From an uncultured Acidobacteriota bacterium (GTDB taxonomy: Bacteria; Acidobacteriota; Thermoanaerobaculia; Multivoradales; JAHEKO01): 64,000 nt of DNA. The stretch covers positions 553,794 to 617,793 of the forward strand of contig CAVQNG010000003.1 of assembly GCA_963713825.1 (NCBI GenBank), given 5' to 3'. The stretch's first letter is position 1. Each line of letters opens with the position of its first letter. Shown one piece after another: positions 20,426 through 30,115 of the stretch. A program made the position numbers and the translations under genes. The notes beneath the pieces were generated by a model. The model saw only the letters and a list, made by a program, of their open reading frames with translations. It did not search any database and was not told where the DNA came from.

Positions 20426-22834
20426 TTACGATCTCCTCATGGTGACCACGGTGGCCCCATCCCCTCCCTCGTTACCGCGCCCAGGTCTGGATCCCGACAC
20501 CGCCGGGTGGTCCCGAAGCGACTCGCGCACCGCCCGTCGCAGTCGGCCAGAGCCAAAACCATGAACGACTCGGACCTCGCGATGAGGGCTCAGCAGCGCA
20601 CGATCCAGATAGCTGTCCAACTCATCGAGGGCCGGCTCCACACGCCACCCAATGAGGTTCAGCTCCTTGTCCAGCTCGGCCTCGTCTTCAGCCTCGCGTT
20701 GTAGTCGCACGGCCGGCTTCGAATCGGCGGGACTCACATCAGAGCTGCCGGCCGGCGCCAGATCCTCCAGCTCACAGCGAAATCGCTTGCCCCGCACCAG
20801 AACCTGGGCTCTAGTATCCCGAATCTCCTGCAGGGTTCCTACCCAACCGAGGCTCGAGTGCCTCACCTCGTCTCCGACTTCGATCGACCCTGCCGTGAAT
20901 TCTTCCGCCAGCTCGACCCTCGGCGCTGCTTGAAAAAGGCGCTCCACCGCGGCCTCCGGCACTCTCTTCTTTCTGCCGGCCTCGAGCTGCTGCCGCATGG
21001 TCTCGAACTCGGCCTGGAGCTGCCCTCTCACTTTGCGCCGAAAGGAATCCAACTCCTCCTTGAGCTTGGTGCCCAGCTGGCGGCGCTCGTCTTCGAGGGC
21101 CTCCCGCTGTTCCGACAAGGTCTCCAGCTCGTCCTCGAGAGCGAGTCTGGTGCGCTCCTGGAGAGTCTGTTCGTCCGCCAACTGCCGACGCACGACCTCG
21201 ACCTCTTGAAGGAGCCGCTGCAAGTTGCGGTGCTCTGGGCCCAGGAGCTCTTCGGCCCGTTCGAGGAGACTGTCGGGCAGCCCCAGCCTGCCGGCCAGGG
21301 CCAAGGCTTCGCTACTGCCTGGAGCGCCGGGACGCAAACGATAGGTCGGTCGCCCGGTCTCTGAATCGAACTCCATAGCGGCGCAGGAGGCACCTGGACG
21401 CTCCAATGCCATGGCGGCCAATTGCGACAGGTGCGTCGTCAAGACCGCCAGAGGCTCTTTCTCCAGAAGCTCCTCGACCAGAGCAACGGCAAGGGCGGCG
21501 CCCTCGTCCGGGTCGGTTCCCGAGCCCAACTCGTCGAGCAGGATCAGGCTGTCGGGGCCGGCCAACTCCCAGGCCTCTTTCAATCGCAGCAACCGACCAC
21601 TGAAGGTCGAGCGATCAGCCAGCAGGTCCTGCTCATCGCCAACCGTGGCCACGACAGAAGAGAAGAAAGGAAACCGGGTACCGCTGTCTGCGGGAACCGG
21701 CAATCCACACTGATGGGCCAAGGCCAGCAGCCCGACTGTCTTCAGAGCCACGGTCTTGCCGCCAGCGTTGGGACCGGTAATGACCAACAGGCGGCGCTGC
21801 TCGTCGAGCTCGACATCCAGTGGCACAACAGGCTCGACATGGCCCGATTGCCCCAGAGCCAACTGCCTCAGCTCCGCCAAGGCTGGGTCGAGAAGCGGAT
21901 GCCTGGCGCCGATCAGCCGCAGCGAGTGACCCTCGGAGATCTCGGCCAAACGGCCCGAGCACAGGTCGGCAAAACGATCCATGCTCTGCAGCAGATCGAG
22001 CTCAGCCACGAACTCTACCGTCGCCTCCAGATCGACCAGGGACTCCCGCACCTCCGCCAAGAGCTCGATGAAAATCCTGCGGCGTTCAGCCTCCTCTTCC
22101 TCCAGGGTCTCCTGCAAGCCGTTGTTGGCTTCCACGACACTCAGGGGCTCGAAGTAGAGGCTCTGACCGGTCCCTGATCGACCATGCACCAAGCCCTTGA
22201 TACGACCGCGGGATCCGGCGTGGAGCAAGAGCATCAGCCGTCCCTCTTTCAGGGAGACGGTCTTCTCACTCAAATGCTCCTCGTGCTGGGAGACGGTTTC
22301 CTGCAGATTCTTGTAGAGGTCGTCCCTGATGCGGCGTGACCGCCGACGCAGAGCCGACAATTCCGGGCTGGCATCGTCTCGCACTACGCCTCGCTGGTTC
22401 AGTGTTTTGCTGATCCTGCGGCGCAGTGGTTCGAGATCCGGCAGGCTCGCCCTCAAGTCCTCCAGGGCGGGGCACTCCGACGCGCTGACCGCGATCCGAT
22501 GCCGCGCCTCGTGCGTCATCTTGAGCACCTGGGCCAGTTGCACCAGTTCTCGCCCCGTGACGGCGGCATCACCCTGTTCCAGATTCTCCAGCAGTGGCAG
22601 GATCGGCTCATCCTGGCTCTGCACCAGTCTGCCGTCATGCAGCAGCACTGCCACCTCCGACAGTCGCTGTCGATGGCCTTCCAGCTCCACTGACGACTCG
22701 ACCGGGCGTAGGGCTTCGGCGCGAAGGCGGCCCACATCTGTGACCGCCAACTCTGCCACCAGAGATAGGAGAACGGGCAACTCGAGGGCCGACTCGGAGA
22801 CTGCGGAGGTCACCCGCAATGGGCTCATTTCCAT
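20426..22834 (-). CDS. mutS2: Endonuclease MutS2 (MutS-family ATPase with C-terminal Smr domain)
   Basis: Walker A GPNAGGKTVALKTVGL, C-terminal Smr (VRVVHGFGSGRLRRAVRESLRDHP). 802 aa. Confidence 0.9.
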   Translation of the reverse strand: MEMSPLRVTSAVSESALELPVLLSLVAELAVTDVGRLRAEALRPVESSVELEGHRQRLSEVAVLLHDGRLVQSQDEPILPLLENLEQGDAAVTGRELVQLAQVLKMTHEARHRIAVSASECPALEDLRASLPDLEPLRRRISKTLNQRGVVRDDASPELSALRRRSRRIRDDLYKNLQETVSQHEEHLSEKTVSLKEGRLMLLLHAGSRGRIKGLVHGRSGTGQSLYFEPLSVVEANNGLQETLEEEEAERRRIFIELLAEVRESLVDLEATVEFVAELDLLQSMDRFADLCSGRLAEISEGHSLRLIGARHPLLDPALAELRQLALGQSGHVEPVVPLDVELDEQRRLLVITGPNAGGKTVALKTVGLLALAHQCGLPVPADSGTRFPFFSSVVATVGDEQDLLADRSTFSGRLLRLKEAWELAGPDSLILLDELGSGTDPDEGAALAVALVEELLEKEPLAVLTTHLSQLAAMALERPGASCAAMEFDSETGRPTYRLRPGAPGSSEALALAGRLGLPDSLLERAEELLGPEHRNLQRLLQEVEVVRRQLADEQTLQERTRLALEDELETLSEQREALEDERRQLGTKLKEELDSFRRKVRGQLQAEFETMRQQLEAGRKKRVPEAAVERLFQAAPRVELAEEFTAGSIEVGDEVRHSSLGWVGTLQEIRDTRAQVLVRGKRFRCELEDLAPAGSSDVSPADSKPAVRLQREAEDEAELDKELNLIGWRVEPALDELDSYLDRALLSPHREVRVVHGFGSGRLRRAVRESLRDHPAVSGSRPGRGNEGGDGATVVTMRRS

Positions 22835-22860
22835 TCACCCAAGTCTACTATCGAGCTTTC

Positions 22861-22900
22861 TACAAAAAGCAAAGAGAGCGGGGATCCCTCCCCGCTCTCT
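22861..22900 (-). terminator. Rho-independent terminator downstream of rpsU
   Basis: Stem AGAGAGCGGGGA / TCCCCGCTCTCT (loop TCCC) followed on the minus strand by TTGCTTTTTGTAG. Confidence 0.6.
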
Positions 22901-22927
22901 GGATCTTGCGAAGTTCGAAGAGCTTGC

Positions 22928-23137
22928 TCAGCTCAAACCGAGCCGACGCTCTTCCGACAGTTTGCGCATCATCTTCTTGCGCGCCTGGACTTCCTTGCGC
23001 TTGCGCTTGACCGAGGGCTTTTCGAAGTGTTGCCTCTTCTTGAGCTCAGTGAGAATTCCCGACTTCTCACACTTGCGCTTGAAGCGGCGCAATGCACCCT
23101 CGAAACTCTCGTCCTCTCGCACTGTAACCAACGGCAC
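22928..23137 (-). CDS. rpsU: 30S ribosomal protein S21
   Basis: 69 aa, [48 protein letters not shown]...; canonical S21. Confidence 0.95.
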   Translation of the reverse strand: MPLVTVREDESFEGALRRFKRKCEKSGILTELKKRQHFEKPSVKRKRKEVQARKKMMRKLSEERRLGLS

Positions 23138-23282
23138 TATTCAATCACCTCACCTTCTCTGCGACTCAAATTCGGCGCGGCCGCCGCCGCGAGGCGGAAG
23201 TCTCGCTGATCCGGCAGTCCTTGTCAATCGACCCGGGTATTTCGTCTCTGCTGGCCCAGGGCCTCTTCAGGCCCGGAAGGCT

Positions 23283-24098
23283 CTACTCTTCGGCGGCCTG
23301 TCCCGGCTTAACCGCCTCGAACTTCACCTGATAGACCGTCATGACGCTGGTCTTCTTGTCAGGCTGAAACCAGACCGCTGCGGCCTCTCCCGTCTCGCTA
23401 GTCGGGTAGAACCAGGCAGTGACGCCCTTGTCTTCGTACTTCCGAACGTTGTGCAGGTTGGCCTGACCGAGCAGCTGACGAATGTCGGCTTCCGTCATTC
23501 CCTTCTTCACCTGCGAGAAGCGCTCCGCTGACATGTAGCGGTTGGTCTCTGCCTCTGCCAGGGCGGCCTGCAGATTGGCGTTGTCCGGATCGAACATCAG
23601 GGCGGTGTTGTAGATCTCGATCGCTCGCTTGTAGTCGCCACCCTTCACGATCCACTCTTGAGCGAGAACGATGTCCTCGTCACTCTTCATCGCCAGCAGC
23701 GCCAATTGCCTTTCGGACGGGGGCTCGCCTTCGATCATGGGATCGGCGTTCAGAAGGCCGACCAGCCGCCCTGTGTACTCTTCCGTCAGGGCCGCTACCT
23801 CGTCCTCCAACTCTGCCAGCCGAGCCACCGGATCTTCGACAGGCTCCATTGCCTCACCCTCGACCTCTTCCGCCGCTTCCTCTTCGGCCACTTCCTGCGT
23901 CGCCGCCAGGGCCACGGCCTCTTGCAGATCGGCAAGCTCCTGCCGCTTGGCGCTGAGCTCCTGCTGTGTCTCTTGCAACCAGGTCCATTCTGCCTCGTTT
24001 GCCAACTCCTGCTCTGAAGGACCGCCGCCGCCACAACCGGTGGCTACGAGTGCGAGCAGAACTGCGGCAATCAGCAGGCCGTTACGGGTCCCAAACAT
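23283..24098 (-). CDS. Lipoprotein with acidic coiled-coil region, TPR-like helix and C-terminal BamE(SmpA/OmlA)-like domain. The track start is upstream; the start at MFGTRNG (24098) is preferred.
   Basis: Lipobox LVATGCGG. C-terminal GMTEADIRQLLGQANLHNVRKYEDKGVTAWFYP...VWFQPDKKTSVMTVYQVKFE resembles the BamE fold. Confidence 0.6.
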   Translation of the reverse strand: MFGTRNGLLIAAVLLALVATGCGGGGPSEQELANEAEWTWLQETQQELSAKRQELADLQEAVALAATQEVAEEEAAEEVEGEAMEPVEDPVARLAELEDEVAALTEEYTGRLVGLLNADPMIEGEPPSERQLALLAMKSDEDIVLAQEWIVKGGDYKRAIEIYNTALMFDPDNANLQAALAEAETNRYMSAERFSQVKKGMTEADIRQLLGQANLHNVRKYEDKGVTAWFYPTSETGEAAAVWFQPDKKTSVMTVYQVKFEAVKPGQAAEE

Positions 24099-24341
24099 GA
24101 TCCGTCCTCCTATCGAGTGCACTCGAGTGCACGGAATTCGAAGGTACCACAGGCCCCTGGCTCCCACAAGCTCGAAACAGCCTGAAGCAAGCCACGCGAC
24201 CACTGCGTTACGACTATCCTAAACCTCTCATCCTCAAGGAGTTTGGTGGTGTGTTACCTTGACACCGCCAACACGGCCAAGCATACAATAGGCGTCTACG
24301 AAAAAACCGTTTTCGACTTCGAAATTTGCTGGAGGATCCGC

Positions 24342-26192
24342 ATGTCTTCGCAGGAGTCTTTTGACGAACTCGAGCCCAAGATCATGGGCCTCGTAGAAGA
24401 GGCTATCCGAGAGGTCAAAGAGGAGTACCTGCGGCGCCTGCAGGACACTCGAAACGTGATCGATGAACTCCTCGGCGAGGCGGAGGAGGCCATGGAAGCG
24501 GGCGCCGTAGCTGAGGCCGATATCGCCGCTGTCGTCGCACCCGAGCCGGTCGAGCTTCCGGAACCCCCGAAACACTACCTGCCCGACCTGCATACAGCGG
24601 TGACCAATCTGGACCGTTGTCGGACCCAGGACGAGATTCTCTCGAGCCTGGTGGCGAGCGCCGGTTCCTTTGCGTCCCGTGCCGCCCTGTTCCTGACTCG
24701 CGAAGACGGGCTCCAAGGTTGGAGCAGTCACGGTTTTGCAGCGGGAGACGAGGCTTTCGAGTCTCTCATCCTCGAATACGACGAAGGTTCCCCTTGGGGT
24801 CGCCTTTCCGAAGGACGCGGGGTCATCGAACTCGATGCTGACGAATGCACGGAGCTCTGTAGCCGCATCGACAACAGTAGTCCTGTCAATGGCGCCCTCG
24901 TTCCAATCGTTCTCAGAGATCACCTTGCAGTGGCTCTCTACGCCGACCAGGACGAAGAGGACGACACGATCGGTCTCTTTGCACTGCAGCTGCTGGCCTA
25001 TGTAGCAGCCCAGGCGCTGGAGACTCTGCCACTTCGCGAGCGTTCTTCCACCGCGACCCTTCGACTCGCGACTGAAGCGCCGTACGGAGAGCCTGTCCTC
25101 TCCCTGTGGCAGTTCGTCGCTCCGCAGGCGGACGTCTCGATCGTGGAAGAGATCGAGGCGGCAGCGGAACCTGCCATCGAGGAAGAGGCCGAAGATCTCT
25201 ATGCCGCAGAACCGGTCGAGGAGGTCGAGGAAGCCTACGAAGAAGAAGTCGCTGAGGTCGTCGATTTCGACGCAGTCGAGGACGAGGTCGAGGTGACCGA
25301 AGAGGCGCCTGAGGAGACCGCAGAAGCTGTCGCCTTCGAAGAGGTCGAGGAAGCTTACGAGGAAGACGTCGAGGAGGCCGTCGACTTCGAAGAAGCCGCG
25401 GTGGCCGCAGAAGCACCGGAGGTGACCGCAGAGGCTGTCGCCTTCGAAGAGGTCGAGGAAGCTTACGAGGAAGAGGTCGCTGAGGAGGAGGCGGAAGCGG
25501 CTGAAGCCACTGACCTCGAAGAGGCGGAGGAGGCAGAAGCCGAGACGGCCGAGGAAGCGCTCGAAGAAGCGGTGGCCGAAGACGAAGCGGAATTGGCAGA
25601 GGCTGTCGACCTCGAAGAGGCGGAGCAAGCCTACGAAGAAGAGGTCGCTCGAGACGAGGTGGAGATTGCTACCGAAGCCGACCTACAGCCTGCCGAGGAC
25701 ACCGGATTCGAAGTCGAGCCGGCGGCCGAGCAGGAATGGGACACGCCCGCAGAGCACGAAGAAGTGCCTGCCATGGAAACCGCCAGCGATGAGATCGAGG
25801 CGCCACCCATGGAACCTGAGGTCGCAACCGAACCAGCCCCGGCAGTCGCCATCGACGGGGCTGAGATCAGTCCTCCCGAAGACGCTCAGGGACCGGGCTG
25901 GGCCTTCACCACCAACCGATTCAGCGCTGACAATGCCGGTGAGGCTGTGCATGAGGAAGCACGTCGACTGGCCCGCCTGCTAGTGACCGAGATCAAGCTC
26001 TACAACGAAGAGCAGGTGGAAGCTGGAAGGCGCAATCGCAACATCTACGAGGTCCTTCGCGAAGACATCGACCGGTCGCGTCAGATCTATGAAGAGAGAA
26101 TCGACGACACCGTCCGCACTGAAGCCGACTACTTCCACGACGAGTTGGTGAGGATTCTCGCTGCCGGCGAGTCGGAAATCCTGGGCCTGTGA
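24342..26192 (+). CDS. Acidic repeat protein: N-terminal GAF-like domain, ~300-aa Glu/Ala/Val-rich repetitive linker, conserved basic/helical C-terminal domain
   Basis: ATG at 24342 with GGAGGA RBS. GAF-like block (...DEILSSLVASAGSFASRAALFLTREDGLQGWSSHGF...). Repeats (AVAFEEVEEAYEE...) at 25221-25560. C-terminus EEARRLARLLVTEIKLYNEEQVEAGRRNRNIYEVLREDIDRSRQIYEERID. Confidence 0.7.
   Translation: MSSQESFDELEPKIMGLVEEAIREVKEEYLRRLQDTRNVIDELLGEAEEAMEAGAVAEADIAAVVAPEPVELPEPPKHYLPDLHTAVTNLDRCRTQDEILSSLVASAGSFASRAALFLTREDGLQGWSSHGFAAGDEAFESLILEYDEGSPWGRLSEGRGVIELDADECTELCSRIDNSSPVNGALVPIVLRDHLAVALYADQDEEDDTIGLFALQLLAYVAAQALETLPLRERSSTATLRLATEAPYGEPVLSLWQFVAPQADVSIVEEIEAAAEPAIEEEAEDLYAAEPVEEVEEAYEEEVAEVVDFDAVEDEVEVTEEAPEETAEAVAFEEVEEAYEEDVEEAVDFEEAAVAAEAPEVTAEAVAFEEVEEAYEEEVAEEEAEAAEATDLEEAEEAEAETAEEALEEAVAEDEAELAEAVDLEEAEQAYEEEVARDEVEIATEADLQPAEDTGFEVEPAAEQEWDTPAEHEEVPAMETASDEIEAPPMEPEVATEPAPAVAIDGAEISPPEDAQGPGWAFTTNRFSADNAGEAVHEEARRLARLLVTEIKLYNEEQVEAGRRNRNIYEVLREDIDRSRQIYEERIDDTVRTEADYFHDELVRILAAGESEILGL
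25221..25560 (+). repeat. Intragenic tandem repeats of ~108-120 bp (36-40 aa acidic units)
   Basis: GAGGTCGAGGAAGC(T/C)TACGA(G/A)GAAGA recurs at 25221, 25341 and 25449. Confidence 0.8.
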
Positions 26193-26289
26193 GGCGAGGG
26201 TCCGCCCCAGCAGCACGACCCTCGTCACTCTGCGCCTGTCTCGAACTTCACATTCTGCGCCCTGGGTGTAGGCGTACAATTCAGCTGAA

Positions 26290-28524
26290 GTGAAGCTCCG
26301 CGCTCAGCTGCGGTGGGTGCTTCTGCTCGCCGCCATCTCTGTTTCGGCCGCCCTGGTCCGGGAGTCCCCTCGCGCCTCCACCGGGACAATCAAGCCGACC
26401 CCTCCCAAGCGGCTGGAGCTTCGCATCGACCCCCTCTCTCCAGCTTATGAAGCAGCGGCGGAAGCGCATCGACAGCAAGACTTCAACGCTGCTAGTCAGA
26501 TCCTCTCGCCCCTCCTCGAGGGCCAATCTTCCACCAAGCTCGCCAGTCTCGTTCTCGGTTTCTATGCCTATACCAGCGATGAGATACAACTGGCGCGTCA
26601 GTACCTCGACACCGCCAGAGACCCTGATGGGATCTTCGAGGATTGGCGCCTTCTCGTCGTGGCGGACACGGCGCTGGCCAATGAAGACTGGTCTGTGGCG
26701 GATACGGCGCTCGAAACGCTACTGAGCCGGCATCCAGCCTCGCCCATCCGAGCTCACGCCGCCGTTCGGTGGGTCGAACTGGCTCGAGCGCAAGAGGAAT
26801 GGACAACCGCGCTCGAGCGCATCGAGCTTCTTCGTCGGCAAACCCTCCCTCCCAGCGCACTGCGAGAGATCGAGATCGCAGCCTGGGAGATCGGCGAGAC
26901 TGCCGGACAAACCAAGCTGCGTTCGAGCGCGGCGCGCCGACTTCTCGTCGCCTTTCCCATCGACGCCTCCAAGCTCGAAGTCATTGAAGTCTTCCGCTAT
27001 CCGAACGGCGACCTCCACTGGGAGGAGATCCTCTCCGACAACGAGCTCATGCAGCGGGCCAGGAACCTGCTGGCTGTCCGCTTGGAGGAGTCGGCGCTAG
27101 AGATGATCAACCAGGTCTCCGAGGAGGGTCGAACCGACGCCTGGACCCTGCTCCGAGCGGAAGCTCTCACCGCGAATCACCAGGGAGTCGAGGCGCTCTC
27201 CGCGCTCAAAGAGCTGAACCCGGCGGAGGCGGCATTCAAAGCCGAAGTCGCTTGGCAAAGGGCACTCGCCGCCCTGGATGGCGCCGCCGCCAGGCGCGGC
27301 AGAACCAACTTGCCCCAGTCGCAGCGGCAGCAGCTGCACAGTCTGGCTCTCGGCTACCTCGAGCTGGTCGTCGAGTTGGACCACGACCGCGACCAGGCCG
27401 TGGCGGCCCTCAACCGGATCTTCCGAGAGCTGGCGGATGAAGAAGAGAACTTCGACGAAACACTCCTGACCCTCCGGCGCCTGCGCCAGATGGTACCGAC
27501 CGACACCTCTGGTGCCAAGCATCTCTGGCAACTTGGTTGGAGAGACTTCGAAGACAGGAACTACAGCGGTGCCATCGGCCTGTGGGGCGAGCTTGCCGGC
27601 CTCTATCCGGAGAGCCGCTACTCTCGAAGCGGGCACTACTGGTCCGGCCGCTCCTATGAAGCTCTCGGGCAGGCTCAACGCGCCACCTCCATTTATCAGC
27701 AGATCACCGCTGCGGCCAGTACCGACTACTATCGGCAGCATGCTCTGGCCCGGCTGGAGAAGACCGGCTACGAGCCCGATCCAGCTCCTGCGCTGCCGAT
27801 CTCGGCCTGGCCCCAGGATCCGATCCTGGCCAGGGCCGGCTGGCTTCACGAACTCGGCCTCGACGACTTTGCACTCCTGGAGCTCGAAGGGCTGGAAGGC
27901 AAGGCCGAAAGACGAGCGCACTGTGGTCTCGAAGCCAAAGTCCTGGCTGGCCTGGGTCGCCGACGAGACAGCATCCAATCGCTCGCCTGCGCGTTTCCTG
28001 CCCTCGGTAAGTCCCACCAGTCGTCGGTACCCGAAGATGCTCTTCGGCTCTACTATCCGCTGGATTTCAGTGAGGTGATCACGCGGCGGGCACAAGAGCG
28101 GGATCTTGCTCCCCACCTGGTGTTCGCCATGATTCGACAGGAAAGCGCCTTCGACATGTCTGCCAGGAGCTGGGCGGGAGCCCGCGGTCTGATGCAAATG
28201 ATGCCGGCCACCGGCCGCGAGCTGGCTGGCCGCCTGGGCCTGAGTTACTCGAGTGACCGACTCTCCGACCCGGACTACAACATCCGCCTCGGGACCCTCT
28301 ACATCCGCCAGGTCCTGGATATGTTCGACGGCAACGTGGAGCTGGCACTGGCCGGATACAACGGCGGTCCATATCGCATCAAGCGCCTGTGGCGCCAGGC
28401 TGGCACCAACCCGGAGCTCGACCGCTTCGTGGAGGGTCTCTCACTCGAGGAAACCAAGACCTACGTCAAGCGAATCGTGCTGTTCAGCAACAGCTACCGA
28501 CATCTCTACCATCAGCCTGGTTGA
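26290..28524 (+). CDS. slt: Soluble lytic murein transglycosylase (Slt family), secreted
   Basis: Signal peptide, long superhelical N-terminal region, C-terminal SLT domain (ESAFDMSARSWAGARGLMQMMPATGRELA..., GYNGGPYRIKR). Confidence 0.85.
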   Translation: MKLRAQLRWVLLLAAISVSAALVRESPRASTGTIKPTPPKRLELRIDPLSPAYEAAAEAHRQQDFNAASQILSPLLEGQSSTKLASLVLGFYAYTSDEIQLARQYLDTARDPDGIFEDWRLLVVADTALANEDWSVADTALETLLSRHPASPIRAHAAVRWVELARAQEEWTTALERIELLRRQTLPPSALREIEIAAWEIGETAGQTKLRSSAARRLLVAFPIDASKLEVIEVFRYPNGDLHWEEILSDNELMQRARNLLAVRLEESALEMINQVSEEGRTDAWTLLRAEALTANHQGVEALSALKELNPAEAAFKAEVAWQRALAALDGAAARRGRTNLPQSQRQQLHSLALGYLELVVELDHDRDQAVAALNRIFRELADEEENFDETLLTLRRLRQMVPTDTSGAKHLWQLGWRDFEDRNYSGAIGLWGELAGLYPESRYSRSGHYWSGRSYEALGQAQRATSIYQQITAAASTDYYRQHALARLEKTGYEPDPAPALPISAWPQDPILARAGWLHELGLDDFALLELEGLEGKAERRAHCGLEAKVLAGLGRRRDSIQSLACAFPALGKSHQSSVPEDALRLYYPLDFSEVITRRAQERDLAPHLVFAMIRQESAFDMSARSWAGARGLMQMMPATGRELAGRLGLSYSSDRLSDPDYNIRLGTLYIRQVLDMFDGNVELALAGYNGGPYRIKRLWRQAGTNPELDRFVEGLSLEETKTYVKRIVLFSNSYRHLYHQPG

Positions 28525-28629
28525 GCCCTCCGTTCAGGCGAGATTCTCGCCTCCACAGCCCCTCCTACGACTCGGTTCTAGCCCCGGCAGGAGTGCTATA
28601 CTTTTCCTCCCCAGCTTCTGGGGAAATGG

Positions 28630-28702
28630 GGGTCCATAGCTCAGCGGTTAGAGCATCCGGCTCATAACCGGCAGGTCCCTGGTTCGAATCCAGGTGGGCC
28701 CA
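28630..28702 (+). tRNA. tRNA with CAT anticodon (elongator Met or lysidine-modified Ile2); no encoded CCA
   Basis: Manual fold: acceptor GGGTCCA/TGGGCCC, D-arm GCTCAGCGGTTAGAGC, anticodon loop CTCATAA, T-arm CCTGGTTCGAATCCAGG, discriminator A. G1-C72 argues against initiator. Confidence 0.8.
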
Positions 28703-28931
28703 TGAAGTGTGGAAACCGAGGTTTCATTGCAGGGAGATCAACAGCTGACGCGGTGCCGTAGCGACCGCTTGCCCACCGCCAGACGATCTTCAATGCCATC
28801 AGGCATGCGCAGGGGGTGTCCTTCGGAGGGACACCCCTTTTCTTATCTTCCACCCGAACGGCCCCGAAAGGTCTGCGCCGACTGGGCGGTGGAAGAGTCT
28901 CTTTTCGAATTCGTGGGGGAAACAAGGGTCC

Positions 28932-29666
28932 ATGGGTGACGAGCTCAAGATCATCGTCGAGCTGCAAGGTGCGATCGACGAACTGAAGGCGGCGGAAGAC
29001 CTCCTCGCCGGCATCCCGGACTGGATGCAGGAGTTGCACGAGGAGCACAGTCGGCAGCAGGCCGAAATGGACGGACTCCGGGCTGCACTGGAGGAGGCCG
29101 AGCAGGCCAAACGGCTAGCCGACACAGAGATCAGTGACCTGCAGACCAAGGTCAAGCATTTCCAAGAGCAGATCGGCATGGTCCGTAACCAGCGTGAGTA
29201 CGGTGCCCTGCTGCAGGAAATCGACACTGCCAAGGAACAGATCAGCGGCACTGAGGAGCGGGACCTGGCGGCTATGGAGCAGGGCGACGAAGCCCAACGG
29301 TTGCTGGACGAGCGCAAAGACGCATTTCAGGAGCTCGATGATCGCTACCAGCAGGAGCTCCAGAAATGGGAGGGGCAAAAGCCCGAGGTGGCCCGCAGAG
29401 CGGAAGAGCTCCGCCAGCAAGTGGCAGAGCTCGAGGGGAAGGTGCCGAAGGCAATCCTCGCCGTCTTCGAGCGCACTCGCCTGCGCTTTGGCGGCAACGC
29501 GATGGCCCTGGTCATGGAAGTGGAACGTAAGGGACCCCGCATCTGGCACTGCGGCGCCTGCAACTACCGTGTCCGCCCCCAGACCGTCGTCTCGATCCAG
29601 GCTGAGAACATCGAGACCTGTGACAGCTGCAGACGCATTCTCCACATCGAAGGTGATGTCGGTTGA
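28932..29666 (+). CDS. COG1579-type coiled-coil protein with C-terminal C4 zinc ribbon
   Basis: Long coiled coil, then C-terminal CGACNYRVRPQ...CDSCRRIL. Confidence 0.8.
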   Translation: MGDELKIIVELQGAIDELKAAEDLLAGIPDWMQELHEEHSRQQAEMDGLRAALEEAEQAKRLADTEISDLQTKVKHFQEQIGMVRNQREYGALLQEIDTAKEQISGTEERDLAAMEQGDEAQRLLDERKDAFQELDDRYQQELQKWEGQKPEVARRAEELRQQVAELEGKVPKAILAVFERTRLRFGGNAMALVMEVERKGPRIWHCGACNYRVRPQTVVSIQAENIETCDSCRRILHIEGDVG

Positions 29667-30115
29667 CCTCTCCTGCAACGCCGAGTGGCCGTGCCTGGAT
29701 CGATGGCGCGTCCCGGGGGAATCCTGGCGACGCCGGATTCGGAGTCTTCCTCGAGACGGATCGAACGCCTGAGGAGATCGTTGGATATCTAGGCAAAGCC
29801 ACGAACAATGTGGCCGAGTATGCGGCGCTGATCGCCGTCCTCACACTGGCCGCTGATCGGGGGATGAAGAAGCTCGTCGTCTACAGCGATAGCCAACTTC
29901 TCGTGCGGCAGGTCAGCGGTGCCTATCGAGTCAAGGCACCTCACCTGGTGCCCATTTTTCTGCAGGCGCTGAAGCTTCGACAGACGATCCCCGATTTCAC
30001 CATCGAGCACGTGGCCCGCGAAGAAAACAAAGAGGCCGACCGCTTGGCCAATCAGGCGATCGATCAGCGAGCCGAGCTGCCTTCCTGGTTGGAGTTTGAA
30101 GTTCCGATCCAATGA
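29663..30115 (+). CDS. RNase H (type 1) domain protein
   Basis: GASRGNPGDAGFG, NNVAEYAALIAVL, VYSDSQLLV and D-containing C-terminal motifs. 4-nt overlap with the upstream gene. Confidence 0.8.
   Translation: MTSPATPSGRAWIDGASRGNPGDAGFGVFLETDRTPEEIVGYLGKATNNVAEYAALIAVLTLAADRGMKKLVVYSDSQLLVRQVSGAYRVKAPHLVPIFLQALKLRQTIPDFTIEHVAREENKEADRLANQAIDQRAELPSWLEFEVPIQ

Noticed and set aside
22329-23531. 400-aa plus-strand ORF
   Set aside because: Antisense to mutS2, rpsU and the lipoprotein gene; Ser/Arg-rich with no domain.
28709-28939. 76-aa ORF immediately after tRNA-Met
   Set aside because: No RBS, Arg/Ser/Pro-rich, and it ends inside the start region of the COG1579 gene; likely spurious.
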